In this document: piece by piece, positions 55,358 to 64,000 of the stretch
How positions within the stretch are numbered: the first letter of the stretch is position 1
Layout of the letters: each line of letters starts with the position of its first letter
From: an uncultured Rhodobacteraceae bacterium
GTDB taxonomy: Bacteria; Pseudomonadota; Alphaproteobacteria; Rhodobacterales; Rhodobacteraceae
Direction of reading: 5' to 3'
Length of the DNA stretch: 64,000 nucleotides
Assembly (NCBI GenBank): GCA_937927675.1
Contig: CALBSG010000005.1
Location: 21,727-85,726, forward strand
Position numbers and translations under genes: made by a program
The notes under the pieces: generated by a model
Told to the model about the DNA's origin: nothing
The model's input: only the letters and a program-made list of their open reading frames with translations
Databases searched by the model: none

Positions 55358-56395
55358 TCAAACTGACTCGGGCAAATAGAGATCGGGGGGCAGGAAATGC
55401 TGCCCCTGAACCGACGTGATACCCTGTGCGACGGCCTCGGCCGAAAGGGTCACCAGATCAGCGCAAAGCCGTGGCAGCGGGGTGGCGATGGCCATGGTGA
55501 CATAGCGTGAAATCAGCGCGGCCCGGCTTTCCGGCGTCAATTCGTTGACCACCAAGGCCACCTCACCGGGTGGGCGCGCCTCGCGGAGAGCGGCAATCGC
55601 CCCCTCCATCCCACCACCCGCGCAGTAGATCCCGCGTAAATCTTTGTGACGGTTTAATAAATCTAGCGTCGCCTCATAGGTCAATTGCCGGGTTTCCAAG
55701 TTTACCAGCGTATCCAGCACCTGAAATTGCGGGCCGTGTTCGCGAAAGTAGCTGCGGACCCCGGTTTCGCGTAATTCGTGCCCATGCCAGCGATAGCCGC
55801 CGACAAAAATCGCAATCTTCCCAGCATGATGCGTAGCGGTTGCGATCATATGGGCAGCAATCCGACCAACTTTCAGATTGTTCAAACCAAGATAGTTTTG
55901 CCGCACACCCTGACCAAAGTCGTTCAGCAAGGCAAAGACCGGAATTCCCTTGGCATTCAAACGAATAACGGCCTCCGTGACCTCGGGATGCGTCACCGCC
56001 GTGGCCGCAATTGCATCGACACGGCCCACCAAAGCCTCCATCTGCGCAACAAAATCGCCGGGGCTTTGCGATGGCGCAAAGACCACCGTGACGCTGGCCC
56101 GGACACCGCTGGCCTGAGCCACCGCACGCTCAATCTCGGTTTTGAAATTCTGGTAAAACGCCTGCTTTTCCTTGTGCAGAACGACCCCCAATCGCAGGCG
56201 CGGCAGATCGGCCTGCATGCGTTGGCCAATCAGTGAGGCAGCGTGATAGCCAATCGCCCTTGCCGCCTCATAGACCTTGCGCGCCGTTTCCTCGCGCACC
56301 GCTTCGCGGCCGTTCAGCACCCGATCAACGGTGGCCGTCGAAAGCCCCGCCGCGCGGGCGACATCTTGAATGGTGGGTCTGCCTGCCATCTTCAT
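55358..56395 (-). CDS. LacI family transcriptional regulator (module B)
   Basis: HTH 'TIQDVARAAGLSTATVDRVLNG'. Start chosen at 56395 (MKMAGRP). Confidence 0.9.
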   Translation of the reverse strand: MKMAGRPTIQDVARAAGLSTATVDRVLNGREAVREETARKVYEAARAIGYHAASLIGQRMQADLPRLRLGVVLHKEKQAFYQNFKTEIERAVAQASGVRASVTVVFAPSQSPGDFVAQMEALVGRVDAIAATAVTHPEVTEAVIRLNAKGIPVFALLNDFGQGVRQNYLGLNNLKVGRIAAHMIATATHHAGKIAIFVGGYRWHGHELRETGVRSYFREHGPQFQVLDTLVNLETRQLTYEATLDLLNRHKDLRGIYCAGGGMEGAIAALREARPPGEVALVVNELTPESRAALISRYVTMAIATPLPRLCADLVTLSAEAVAQGITSVQGQHFLPPDLYLPESV

Positions 56396-56534
56396 TCCTG
56401 ACGAAAAAACATCAATACACGCCTTCATCGTGACGATTTTTGATGCGTTCTGCAAGCTCCCCTCTTTGTAACCAGAGCAAGCTGTGGCTATCGACAGAAA
56501 AGGCCCGATGCGCCCCAGAACAAAGGAGACCCCC

Positions 56535-57626
56535 ATGGCCAAACGCGATTACAGCCCGTTCGGCGCCGATGCCCGGCAGGCAGTGGAAAGCGGCCTGACG
56601 GCGGCGGAATGGTATCATACCGAGGTGCCGCGCAAGGTGATGAAGGATCTGATGGCCCGGTCCGATAGCCCGGCCATTCGCGATACGATCCTGCTTTACG
56701 GGCTGATGATTGTTTTTGCCATCGGCGGGATTGCGACGTGGGGCAGCGTGTGGGCCGTACCCTTCTGGCTGGCGTACGGCGTGCTTTACGGTTCGGCCAG
56801 TGACTCGCGCTGGCATGAATGTAGCCACGGCACCGCCTTTCGCACGCCTTGGATGAACAATGCGGTCTATCAGATCGCCAGCTTCATGATCATGCGCAAT
56901 TCAGCCACCTGGCGCTGGAGCCATACGCGCCACCATTCAGAAACCTATTTCGTCGGTCGCGACCCCGAGATTGCGGTGATGCGACCGCCAGAATTGGCCA
57001 AGTTGATTCTGAATTTCTTTGGCGTGATCGACGTTCTGAAGTTCTTTCCGAACCTGATCCAGAACGCCCTTTTCGGACCGACGAAAACCGAGAAAACCTT
57101 TGTGCCACAGTCGGAATGGGGCAAGGTGCAGCGAGTCGCTCTGGTGCATCTGGCGATCTATCTGGCCACGATTGCCCTTGCCGTCTGGATGGGGTCGATC
57201 CTGCCCTTGATGGTGATCGGTCTGCCGCGGATGTTTGGGGCATGGCATCACATCATGACTGGGCTTTTGCAGCACGGCGGCCTTGCGGACAATGTCATCG
57301 ATCACCGGCTGAATTCGCGCACGGTCTACATGAACCCGATCAGCCGTTTCATTTATTGGAACATGAACTACCACGTTGAACATCACATGTTCCCGATGGT
57401 GCCATACCATGCGCTGCCGCGGCTGCATGAGGCGATCAAGGCCGATCTGCCAGCACCCAATCGCTCTATCGCCGAAGGCTTTGCCGAAATGTGGCCCGCG
57501 TTGAAGCATCAGCTCGCCTATGAGGACTATTTCCTCAAGCGCGCCTTGCCTGCCAGCGCCAAACCCTATCGCGAAGATTTCCACCACTATGTGCCGGGCA
57601 TGACGCCCCCGAAAGCTGCGGAGTAA
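56535..57626 (+). CDS. Fatty-acid-desaturase/AlkB-type membrane di-iron oxygenase (MocD-like)
   Basis: ATG at 56535 after AAAGGAG. His boxes 'HECSH', 'HTRHH', 'HVEHH'. TM segments. Confidence 0.85.
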   Translation: MAKRDYSPFGADARQAVESGLTAAEWYHTEVPRKVMKDLMARSDSPAIRDTILLYGLMIVFAIGGIATWGSVWAVPFWLAYGVLYGSASDSRWHECSHGTAFRTPWMNNAVYQIASFMIMRNSATWRWSHTRHHSETYFVGRDPEIAVMRPPELAKLILNFFGVIDVLKFFPNLIQNALFGPTKTEKTFVPQSEWGKVQRVALVHLAIYLATIALAVWMGSILPLMVIGLPRMFGAWHHIMTGLLQHGGLADNVIDHRLNSRTVYMNPISRFIYWNMNYHVEHHMFPMVPYHALPRLHEAIKADLPAPNRSIAEGFAEMWPALKHQLAYEDYFLKRALPASAKPYREDFHHYVPGMTPPKAAE

Positions 57627-57629
57627 GAC

Positions 57630-57941
57630 ATGCCCTGGATCGACGCCTGCGCCACCGATGACATCGACCCCGAAGACCTGATCCGCTTTGACCATGCGGA
57701 CCAGACCTTTGCGATCTATCACGCCCCCGATGGCACGTTTTACTGCACCGAAGGCATGTGCAGCCATGAAAACGTTCATCTGTGCGACGGGCTGGTGATG
57801 GATCACCTGATCGAATGCCCCAAGCACAATGGCCAGTTTGATTACCGCACGGGCGAGGCGATGCGTGCGCCGGTCTGCGTGAACCTGAAGACCTTCCCCG
57901 TAAAGGTTGACGGCGACCGCGTGTTCATCGAGGTGGCCTAA
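57630..57941 (+). CDS. Rieske [2Fe-2S] ferredoxin (MocE-like), copy B
   Basis: 103 aa. 'CSHENVHLCDG...ECPKHN'. Starts 3 nt after the oxygenase stop. Confidence 0.88.
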   Translation: MPWIDACATDDIDPEDLIRFDHADQTFAIYHAPDGTFYCTEGMCSHENVHLCDGLVMDHLIECPKHNGQFDYRTGEAMRAPVCVNLKTFPVKVDGDRVFIEVA

Positions 57942-57942
57942 G

Positions 57943-58740
57943 ATGGCACGGCTGACGGTCAAAGATCTTTTGGATCAACGCGGCAAGCACCAGTTTGCCA
58001 TGCTGCGAGTCGAAACCCTTGAGGAGGCCGAAGCCGCCGCCCGCGCCGGGGTAGAGCTTTTGTCGGTGCCGCCGACCATGGTCTATGATCGATGTTTCCG
58101 CGAGGTGGCCCCCGACGCCTTTATCTTCCCCGGTGACAATTTCTATGAAATCGGCACCACCGATGATTTTCTGCACTGGGCCTTTCCGCTCTATAAACAC
58201 GGAGCGGATGCGTTTTATTGCTCGGGCTCATTGGCGACGATCCGCGCGATGGCCGACCACGGGCTGCCAGTTTGCGGCCATGTCGGGCTGATCCCGTCGA
58301 AACGCACTTGGACAGGCGGGTTCAAGGCCGTGGGCAAGACGCTTGAAACGGCGCAACTGGTTTGGCAGCAGGTCAAGGCTGCGGAGCAGGCCGGCGCCTT
58401 TGCCGTCGAGATTGAGGTGGTGCCGCATTCGATCACCCAAGCCATCGCCGAGAAGACCAACCTTTTCCTGATCTCGATGGGGGCCGGGGCGGCGGGCCAT
58501 GCGCAGTATCTGTTCAGCGATGACGTACTGGGCCAGAACCGCGGCCGTGTCCCCCGCCACGCCAAGGTCTATGCCGATTTCGCGGCAGAACAAGACCGCC
58601 TGCAAACCCTGCGGATCGAGGCGATGGGCCGCTTTGCCCGCGATGTGCATCGGGGCGATTACCCTGCCCCGCAATACCTGGTGGATTGCGACAGCGAGGT
58701 TGTCCAAGCATTCCGTGATTGGCTGGACGGAACTGGCTGA
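57943..58740 (+). CDS. PanB-like enzyme, copy B
   Basis: 265 aa. The ATG at 57943 is 1 nt after the Rieske stop. 'HVGLIPSKRTWTGGFKAVGKT', 'EIEVVP', 'SMGAGAAGHAQYLF'. Confidence 0.75.
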   Translation: MARLTVKDLLDQRGKHQFAMLRVETLEEAEAAARAGVELLSVPPTMVYDRCFREVAPDAFIFPGDNFYEIGTTDDFLHWAFPLYKHGADAFYCSGSLATIRAMADHGLPVCGHVGLIPSKRTWTGGFKAVGKTLETAQLVWQQVKAAEQAGAFAVEIEVVPHSITQAIAEKTNLFLISMGAGAAGHAQYLFSDDVLGQNRGRVPRHAKVYADFAAEQDRLQTLRIEAMGRFARDVHRGDYPAPQYLVDCDSEVVQAFRDWLDGTG

Positions 58741-58759
58741 CCTGCGACAGCCGCACAAC

Positions 58760-58790
58760 GGGGCGCACGTCGCCCCATTGTTTGCGCTTT
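58760..58790 (+). terminator. Rho-independent terminator of the oxygenase-Rieske-PanB-like operon
   Basis: GGGGCG-cacgt-CGCCCC followed by the T-rich ATTGTTTGCGCTTTT. Confidence 0.7.
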
Positions 58791-58958
58791 TGCTGCAAAT
58801 CAGCCTCAAGAAGGCCGATCGAAGCGGATCCGGATGCAGTCACTGTGCGATCCTTGAATTTAAACGTAAAATGATGCTATCGCGGGACATTACCGCAAAG
58901 CGCACCCGTCTTTCTGGACACGGTGCCCAAGATAGCTTTTTACGCCACTGAGGATCAG

Positions 58959-59528
58959 ATGCAGCTAGAACCGACCGCCCTGCCCGACGTTCTGGTTTTG
59001 ACGCCGCGCCGGTTTGGTGATGCGCGGGGGTGGTTCAGCGAAAGCTGGAACGCCCAGACCTTTGCCGCAGCCGGGATCACCTTGGATTTCGTGCAGGACA
59101 ATCATTCCTATTCGGCACAGAAAGGCACGCTGCGGGGGCTGCACTACCAATCCGCACCGCATGCACAAGACAAGCTGGTGCGTTGCACGCGGGGTGCGAT
59201 TTTCGATGTCGCCGTGGATTACCGGGTGGGTTCCCCCCATTTCGGCCAATGGGTCGGGGTGGAGCTGACGGCGGACACCGGCAAACAATTGCTGGTGCCA
59301 AAGGGCTTTCTGCACGGCTTCCTGACCCTGACACCGGACACAGAGGTGCAGTACAAATGCACTGATGTTTATGCGCCGGCCTGCGATGGCGCGGTGCGCT
59401 GGGATGATCCTGATCTTGCGATCGACTGGCCCTTGGGCGGCGCGACGCCCCACCTGTCAGACAAGGATGCGGCGGCCCCCTTTGTTGCCCAGACCAAATC
59501 CCCATTCCTGTGGGAGCGCCGGGTATGA
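58959..59528 (+). CDS. rfbC: dTDP-4-dehydrorhamnose 3,5-epimerase
   Basis: ATG at 58959 after GAGGA. '[10 protein letters not shown]', 'LRGLHYQ', '[16 protein letters not shown]'. Confidence 0.93.
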   Translation: MQLEPTALPDVLVLTPRRFGDARGWFSESWNAQTFAAAGITLDFVQDNHSYSAQKGTLRGLHYQSAPHAQDKLVRCTRGAIFDVAVDYRVGSPHFGQWVGVELTADTGKQLLVPKGFLHGFLTLTPDTEVQYKCTDVYAPACDGAVRWDDPDLAIDWPLGGATPHLSDKDAAAPFVAQTKSPFLWERRV

Positions 59529-60565
59529 AACTTCTGGTCACGGGAGGAGCGGGGTTTATTGGGTCTGCCGTGGTCCGCTTGGCGATTGGCCGCGGGCATG
59601 AGGTGGTCAACCTTGATGCGCTGACCTATGCCGCCTGTCTGGAGAACGTCGCCAGCGTGGCAGGGTCGAACCTTTATTCTTTTGAACACGCCGATATCCG
59701 TGACCGGGCTGCACTGGACCGCATCTTTGCCGCCCACAAACCCGACGCGGTGATGCATCTGGCCGCGGAAAGCCATGTCGATCGGTCGATCGACGGCCCT
59801 GCGGATTTCATTGCAACGAATATCCTTGGCACCTTCAACATGCTGGAGGCCGCGCGCAGCTATTGGGCGACCGCGGGCCGGCCCGCCGGGTTCCGTTTTC
59901 ACCACATCTCGACAGATGAGGTGTTTGGCTCGCTTGGCCCCACAGGCCAGTTCACCGAAACCACGCCCTACGATCCGCGCAGTCCCTATTCCGCCAGCAA
60001 AGCCTCGTCCGACCATCTGGTGCGGGCTTGGGCCGAAACCTATGGCCTGCCGGTCGTGATGACCAATTGCTCCAACAATTACGGCCCGTTCCACTTTCCG
60101 GAAAAGCTGGTGCCGGTGGTCATTCTGAACGCGCTGGCCGGGCGGCCAATCCCGGTTTACGGCGCGGGCGACAATGTGCGCGATTGGCTTTATGTCGAAG
60201 ATCATGCCGACGCGCTGCTCTTGGTCCTGCAAAAGGGCGTTCTGGGGCGCAGCTATAACATCGGCGGCGAGAATGAGCGCAGCAACATTGATCTGGTGCG
60301 CACAATCTGCGCGGTGCTGGACCGGCTCCGCCCCAAGACAACGCCCTATGCCGACCAGATCACCTTCGTGACAGACCGACCGGGCCATGATGCCCGTTAT
60401 GCCATCGACCCGACCCGCATCCGCACCGAACTCGGTTGGCGCCCGTCGGTCACGGTAGAGCAAGGTCTGGAGCGCACGGTGCAATGGTATCTCGACAATG
60501 AGGCGTGGTGGAAACCGCTGTTGTCGCGCGCAGGCGTCGGCACCCGGTTGGGAACCAAGGCATGA
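59525..60565 (+). CDS. rfbB: dTDP-glucose 4,6-dehydratase
   Basis: '[10 protein letters not shown]', '[10 protein letters not shown]'. The ATG overlaps the rfbC stop. Confidence 0.95.
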   Translation: MKLLVTGGAGFIGSAVVRLAIGRGHEVVNLDALTYAACLENVASVAGSNLYSFEHADIRDRAALDRIFAAHKPDAVMHLAAESHVDRSIDGPADFIATNILGTFNMLEAARSYWATAGRPAGFRFHHISTDEVFGSLGPTGQFTETTPYDPRSPYSASKASSDHLVRAWAETYGLPVVMTNCSNNYGPFHFPEKLVPVVILNALAGRPIPVYGAGDNVRDWLYVEDHADALLLVLQKGVLGRSYNIGGENERSNIDLVRTICAVLDRLRPKTTPYADQITFVTDRPGHDARYAIDPTRIRTELGWRPSVTVEQGLERTVQWYLDNEAWWKPLLSRAGVGTRLGTKA

Positions 60566-61407
60566 CGGCGCTGGTCTTTGGCTCCACGGGTCAGGTGGCG
60601 TTGGAGTTGCAGCGGCGGCTGCCCGATGCTGTGTTTCTGCCCCGCGCTGCGGCTGATCTTGCGGACCCGGCCGCCTGCGCCGCTGCGATCCGGGCGCAGC
60701 GGCCCAGCCATGTCATCAATGCGGCCGCGTGGACGGCCGTCGATCGCGCGGAAACCGAAGAGGCGGCGGCGACCGTGGTGAATGCCGATGCGCCTGCGGC
60801 CATGGCCCAAGCCTGCGCCGATTTGGGTATCCCGTTTTTGCACATCTCGACCGATTATGTCTTTGACGGCAGCGGCACCCGGCCCTTTACCCCCACTGAC
60901 CCCACCGCCCCGATTGGGGCCTATGGCCGCTCCAAGGCCAAGGGCGAGGCGGGAGTTCGCGCCGCGGGTGGGGCGCATCTGATCCTGCGCACCAGTTGGG
61001 TCGTTTCGGCGCATGGGACGAATTTCGTCAAGACGATGCTGCGGCTGGGGGCGACCCGCGAAACGCTGTCCGTGGTCGCGGACCAGATCGGCGGGCCAAC
61101 CCCGGCGGCGGATATCGCCCAGACCCTGATCGCGGCAGCCCAAGCCATGCGGCAAGGCCATGTCGGCGGCACCCACCACCTCAGCGGTGCGCCCGATACC
61201 TCTTGGGCCGATTTCGCCCGGGAGATCATGGCGCGGGCCGCCCTGCCCTGCCAGATCCTTGATATTCCGACCAGTGCCTATCCCACCCCCGCCCGCAGAC
61301 CGCTGAACAGCCGTATGGATTGCAGTAGCCTGCACGCCGCCTTTGGGGTCAGCCGACCCGACTGGCAGCAGGGACTTGACCGCATTCTCAAGGAGCTTTC
61401 GATATGA
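60562..61407 (+). CDS. rfbD: dTDP-4-dehydrorhamnose reductase
   Basis: '[10 protein letters not shown]', 'YGRSKAKGE'. ATGA overlap with rfbB. Confidence 0.92.
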   Translation: MTALVFGSTGQVALELQRRLPDAVFLPRAAADLADPAACAAAIRAQRPSHVINAAAWTAVDRAETEEAAATVVNADAPAAMAQACADLGIPFLHISTDYVFDGSGTRPFTPTDPTAPIGAYGRSKAKGEAGVRAAGGAHLILRTSWVVSAHGTNFVKTMLRLGATRETLSVVADQIGGPTPAADIAQTLIAAAQAMRQGHVGGTHHLSGAPDTSWADFAREIMARAALPCQILDIPTSAYPTPARRPLNSRMDCSSLHAAFGVSRPDWQQGLDRILKELSI

Positions 61408-62294
61408 CACGCAAGGGCATCATTTTGGCCGGCGGCTCTGGTACCCGGCTTTATCCCATCACCTTTGGCGTCTCGAAACAGCTTCTGCCGGTCTATGACA
61501 AACCGATGATCTATTATCCGCTGTCGGTGCTGATGCTGGCCGGCATCCGCGAGGTCGCGATCATCACCACACCCCATGATCAGGACCAGTTCCGCCGCGC
61601 GCTTGGCGATGGGTCGCAATGGGGAATGTCCTTCACTTTCATCGCCCAACCCTCGCCCGATGGGCTGGCACAGGCTTTTATCCTCGCCGAGGATTTTCTG
61701 GACGGCGCGCCATCGGTGCTTGTCTTGGGCGACAACATCTTCTTCGGCCATGGCTTGCCCGAAATCCTGCAGATGGCGGATCAACAAGACACCGGCGGCA
61801 CCGTCTTTGCCTATCGCGTCAGCGAGCCGGAACGCTATGGCGTGGTGGGGTTTGACGCCGAAAACAAAGTCACCAAGATCGTGGAAAAGCCGGTAAACCC
61901 ACCGTCCAACTATGCAGTGACCGGGCTGTACTTTGTCGATGGCACAGCCCCCGCCCGCGCCAAAACCATCAAACCATCGCCCCGCGGCGAGGTCGAGATC
62001 GTCGATCTTCTGCAATCTTACCTGGATGAAGGCACGCTGACGGTCCGCCAGATGGGGCGCGGCTATGCCTGGCTTGACACCGGCACCCACGGCAGCCTGC
62101 TGGACGCCGGAAACTTCGTCCGCACGCTGCAATCACGGCAGGGTCTGCAAGTCGGTTGCCCCGAAGAAATCGCCTTCCATGCAGGCTGGATCACCCGCGA
62201 CGAGTTCGAAAAATGCGCAACCGTCGCGGCGAAATCGACCTATGGCCAGCACCTGATGAGCCTGCTGGCCGACGACAAACATCTGGAGCGTTAA
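61404..62294 (+). CDS. rfbA: Glucose-1-phosphate thymidylyltransferase
   Basis: 'GIILAGGSGTRLYPIT', 'KQLLPVYDKPMIYYPLS'. Confidence 0.95.
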   Translation: MTRKGIILAGGSGTRLYPITFGVSKQLLPVYDKPMIYYPLSVLMLAGIREVAIITTPHDQDQFRRALGDGSQWGMSFTFIAQPSPDGLAQAFILAEDFLDGAPSVLVLGDNIFFGHGLPEILQMADQQDTGGTVFAYRVSEPERYGVVGFDAENKVTKIVEKPVNPPSNYAVTGLYFVDGTAPARAKTIKPSPRGEVEIVDLLQSYLDEGTLTVRQMGRGYAWLDTGTHGSLLDAGNFVRTLQSRQGLQVGCPEEIAFHAGWITRDEFEKCATVAAKSTYGQHLMSLLADDKHLER

Positions 62295-62599
62295 GCAGCC
62301 CTATCGCGCGATGCCCGTTCTTGGATCATCGCCAGAACAGGATGATTACGGCGAGAGGCGCGACCAAACGGAAGGCATTAAGACACCCAAACTGACCACG
62401 AATGGGTTTCGAGGGGGGTATCGGGGGCGTCGTGTTTAGCGGGGCTACACCTGATCTTCAGCCAGAGGGCATGGGGTATTGCCCTTTCCTCCAAACCAGT
62501 CTGCCGCGTCGTGGCAGTCGATCATCAACATTCGTGAAGGCATGCCGTTTGGTACGCATGTCACATTTGGTCCATCCGATCCGCGGGTTCCATCTTGTT

Positions 62600-63256
62600 T
62601 CACCCGCGATGCGCCAACCTTGTCACCAGACGGTCACCAATCCACTGGATGCTGCAGACAAGCGCGATCAGCACCGCGACCACGGCCAGCATGGTGGCGG
62701 TCTCGAACCGTTGATAGCCGTAGCGGATGGCAATATCGCCAAGCCCGCCAGATCCCACCGCCCCGGCCATGGCCGAGGCGCCGATCAGCGTCACGATGGT
62801 GACGGTAAAGCCCGAGACCAGCCCCGGCAGGCTTTCCGGAATCAGCACTTCGCGGATGATTTGCAGGCGTGACGCCCCCATGGCGCGGGCGGCGTCGATC
62901 AGCGCCGCGTCCACTTCGCGCAGGGACACTTCGGCGATGCGGGCGAAATAGGGGGTGGCAGCGATGGTCAAAGGCACAATCGCCGCCGCCATGCCAATGG
63001 CGCTGCCCACCAATAGCCGCGTTAACGGGATCACCGCGACCAACAGGATGACAAAGGGCAAAGAGCGCAGGCCGTTCACTACAGCACCAAGGATGCGGTT
63101 CAGCGCGAGGTTTTCGTAAATTCCGCCCCGGTCGGTGGTCACCAGCACCAGCCCCAAAGGCAGACCGAAGGCAAAGGACAAGGCCCCGGAAACGCCGGTC
63201 ATCAGCACGGTTTCCCAAAGCCCCTTGCCAATCAGTTCAATGAGTTGTGCGGACAT
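62600..63256 (-). CDS. metI: Methionine ABC transporter permease
   Basis: 218 aa from the ATG at 63256, 5 TM segments. EAA-type loop 'IDAARAMGASRLQIIREVLIPESLPG'. Confidence 0.88.
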   Translation of the reverse strand: MSAQLIELIGKGLWETVLMTGVSGALSFAFGLPLGLVLVTTDRGGIYENLALNRILGAVVNGLRSLPFVILLVAVIPLTRLLVGSAIGMAAAIVPLTIAATPYFARIAEVSLREVDAALIDAARAMGASRLQIIREVLIPESLPGLVSGFTVTIVTLIGASAMAGAVGSGGLGDIAIRYGYQRFETATMLAVVAVLIALVCSIQWIGDRLVTRLAHRG

Positions 63257-64000
63257 GACCCACCACCTTTGCATCCAAAGTTTCCGCCCGCAGCCGCGCC
63301 AAAACGGCCTGCACGCGGGTTTGATCCACTGGCCCCAGCGCCAGAAACAGCCGCCCGAAGGGCTGGCCCTGCACATCCGACAAACCGCCATGCAGCAGGC
63401 GTGGGGCCTGTCCGGTGGCGGCCTGCACCCAGGCCAGCACCGGCGCGCGGGCCAGATCGCCCACCAGATCAAGCTGCAAGATCGGCTCGGTTCCCTGCCC
63501 CGGCTGCACCAGTGCCGCCCGAAGATCGGCAGGCAGTTCCGGCACCAGCCCGCGGATCAGGCTTTCGGTCACGGCGTGGCGCGGGGCAAGCAGCACCCGC
63601 GCCACGTCGCCCTGTTCGACAATCCGCCCCGCATCCAGCACGGCAACCCGGTGGGCGATGCGGCGGACCACCTCCATCTCATGCGTGATCATCAGAATGG
63701 TCAGGCCAAGCTGGCGGTTCAGCCGCTGCAACAGGTCCAGAATGGACGCCGTGGTTTCAGGGTCCAAGGCCGAGGTCGCCTCATCCGACAACAGAAGAAC
63801 AGGATCGGTCGCCAAAGCCCGCGCGATACCGACGCGCTGCTTTTGCCCGCCCGACAGCCGCTGCGGATAGGCGGCGGCCTTGTCCGAAAGGCCGACAAGC
63901 TCCAACAACTCCGCCACCCGGTCCCGCCGCCGGGCCAGTGGCACCCCGGCAATCTTCAACGGCAGGCCGACGTTTTCCGCCACAGTGCGCGACGACAAAA
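63237..64000 (-). CDS. metN: Methionine ABC transporter ATPase (5-prime end outside the window)
   Basis: The frame is open to the window edge. 'LSGGQKQRVGIARALA', 'LLLSDEATSALDP' and a C-terminal NIL-type domain. The N-terminal ~85 aa, including Walker A, are missing. Confidence 0.88.
   Translation of the reverse strand, partial: LSSRTVAENVGLPLKIAGVPLARRRDRVAELLELVGLSDKAAAYPQRLSGGQKQRVGIARALATDPVLLLSDEATSALDPETTASILDLLQRLNRQLGLTILMITHEMEVVRRIAHRVAVLDAGRIVEQGDVARVLLAPRHAVTESLIRGLVPELPADLRAALVQPGQGTEPILQLDLVGDLARAPVLAWVQAATGQAPRLLHGGLSDVQGQPFGRLFLALGPVDQTRVQAVLARLRAETLDAKVVGHVRTTH

Noticed and set aside
62295-62599. 305-nt non-coding gap between convergent rfbA and metI, examined for a tRNA, riboswitch or sRNA.
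   Set aside because: I could fold no cloverleaf and saw no known riboswitch core. Only weak hairpins are present (AGGGCA/TGCCCT at 62466-62485 and CTGCC/GGCAG at 62501-62517), without convincing T-runs. It is probably just 3-prime UTRs.
1-64000. Mobile elements, CRISPR arrays, prophage or defence genes, and rRNA/tRNA genes.
   Set aside because: I saw no transposase, integrase or Cas-like ORFs, no direct-repeat arrays, no terminal inverted repeats flanking any block, and no structured-RNA gene signatures. The somewhat lower-GC stretch at 58800-58950 is simply the rfb promoter region.

Overview
High-GC alphaproteobacterial chromosome segment. The gene content looks like Rhodobacteraceae (Paracoccus/roseobacter-like); this is an inference from the nosCRZDFYLX order, the PhyR-NepR-EcfG system and codon bias, with no database search run. 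I support about 70 CDS. I recognised no rRNA, tRNA, CRISPR array, IS element or prophage.

Order of blocks:
1. 1-13.9 kb, housekeeping: GNAT, RNase R, MltB-like transglycosylase, cytochrome c-prime, two tandem I78-type inhibitor lipoproteins, GSH-dependent formaldehyde dehydrogenase, RlmN, IalB-like, asparaginase-II family, DUF2794, NlpC/P60, M17 aminopeptidase, beta-carbonic anhydrase, cupin.
2. 14.0-21.0 kb, envelope-glycan module: a GT-C-like polytopic protein facing a GT2/GtrA/FAD-oxidase/membrane protein/TIM-barrel/SDR operon.
3. 21.2-33.9 kb, general stress response (GSR) island. It holds the phyR / nepR-ecfG-kinase core, a second EcfG-like sigma factor, a 1374-aa PAS/GAF hybrid kinase and many small stress-type genes. 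I found ten GGAAC-N16/17-(C/G/A/T)GTT promoter motifs in its intergenic regions. One precedes an unannotated 24-codon membrane peptide, one a candidate small RNA, and one is antisense to the second sigma gene.
4. 34.0-43.2 kb: nosC-like, then nosRZDFYLX (clade I N2O reductase).
5. 43.2-58.7 kb: two neighbouring paralogous catabolic modules resembling rhizopine (moc) / inositol loci. Each has a sugar-type ABC transporter, a LacI regulator, a TIM-barrel isomerase, a membrane di-iron oxygenase, a Rieske ferredoxin and an unexpected PanB-like enzyme.
6. rfbCBDA, then the 3-prime part of metNI.

The most interesting items are the GSR promoter field with its hidden small genes and sRNA candidate, the duplicated oxygenase/Rieske/PanB-like modules, and the lipid-linked sugar module. 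All functional calls rest on motif recognition by eye and on gene context.
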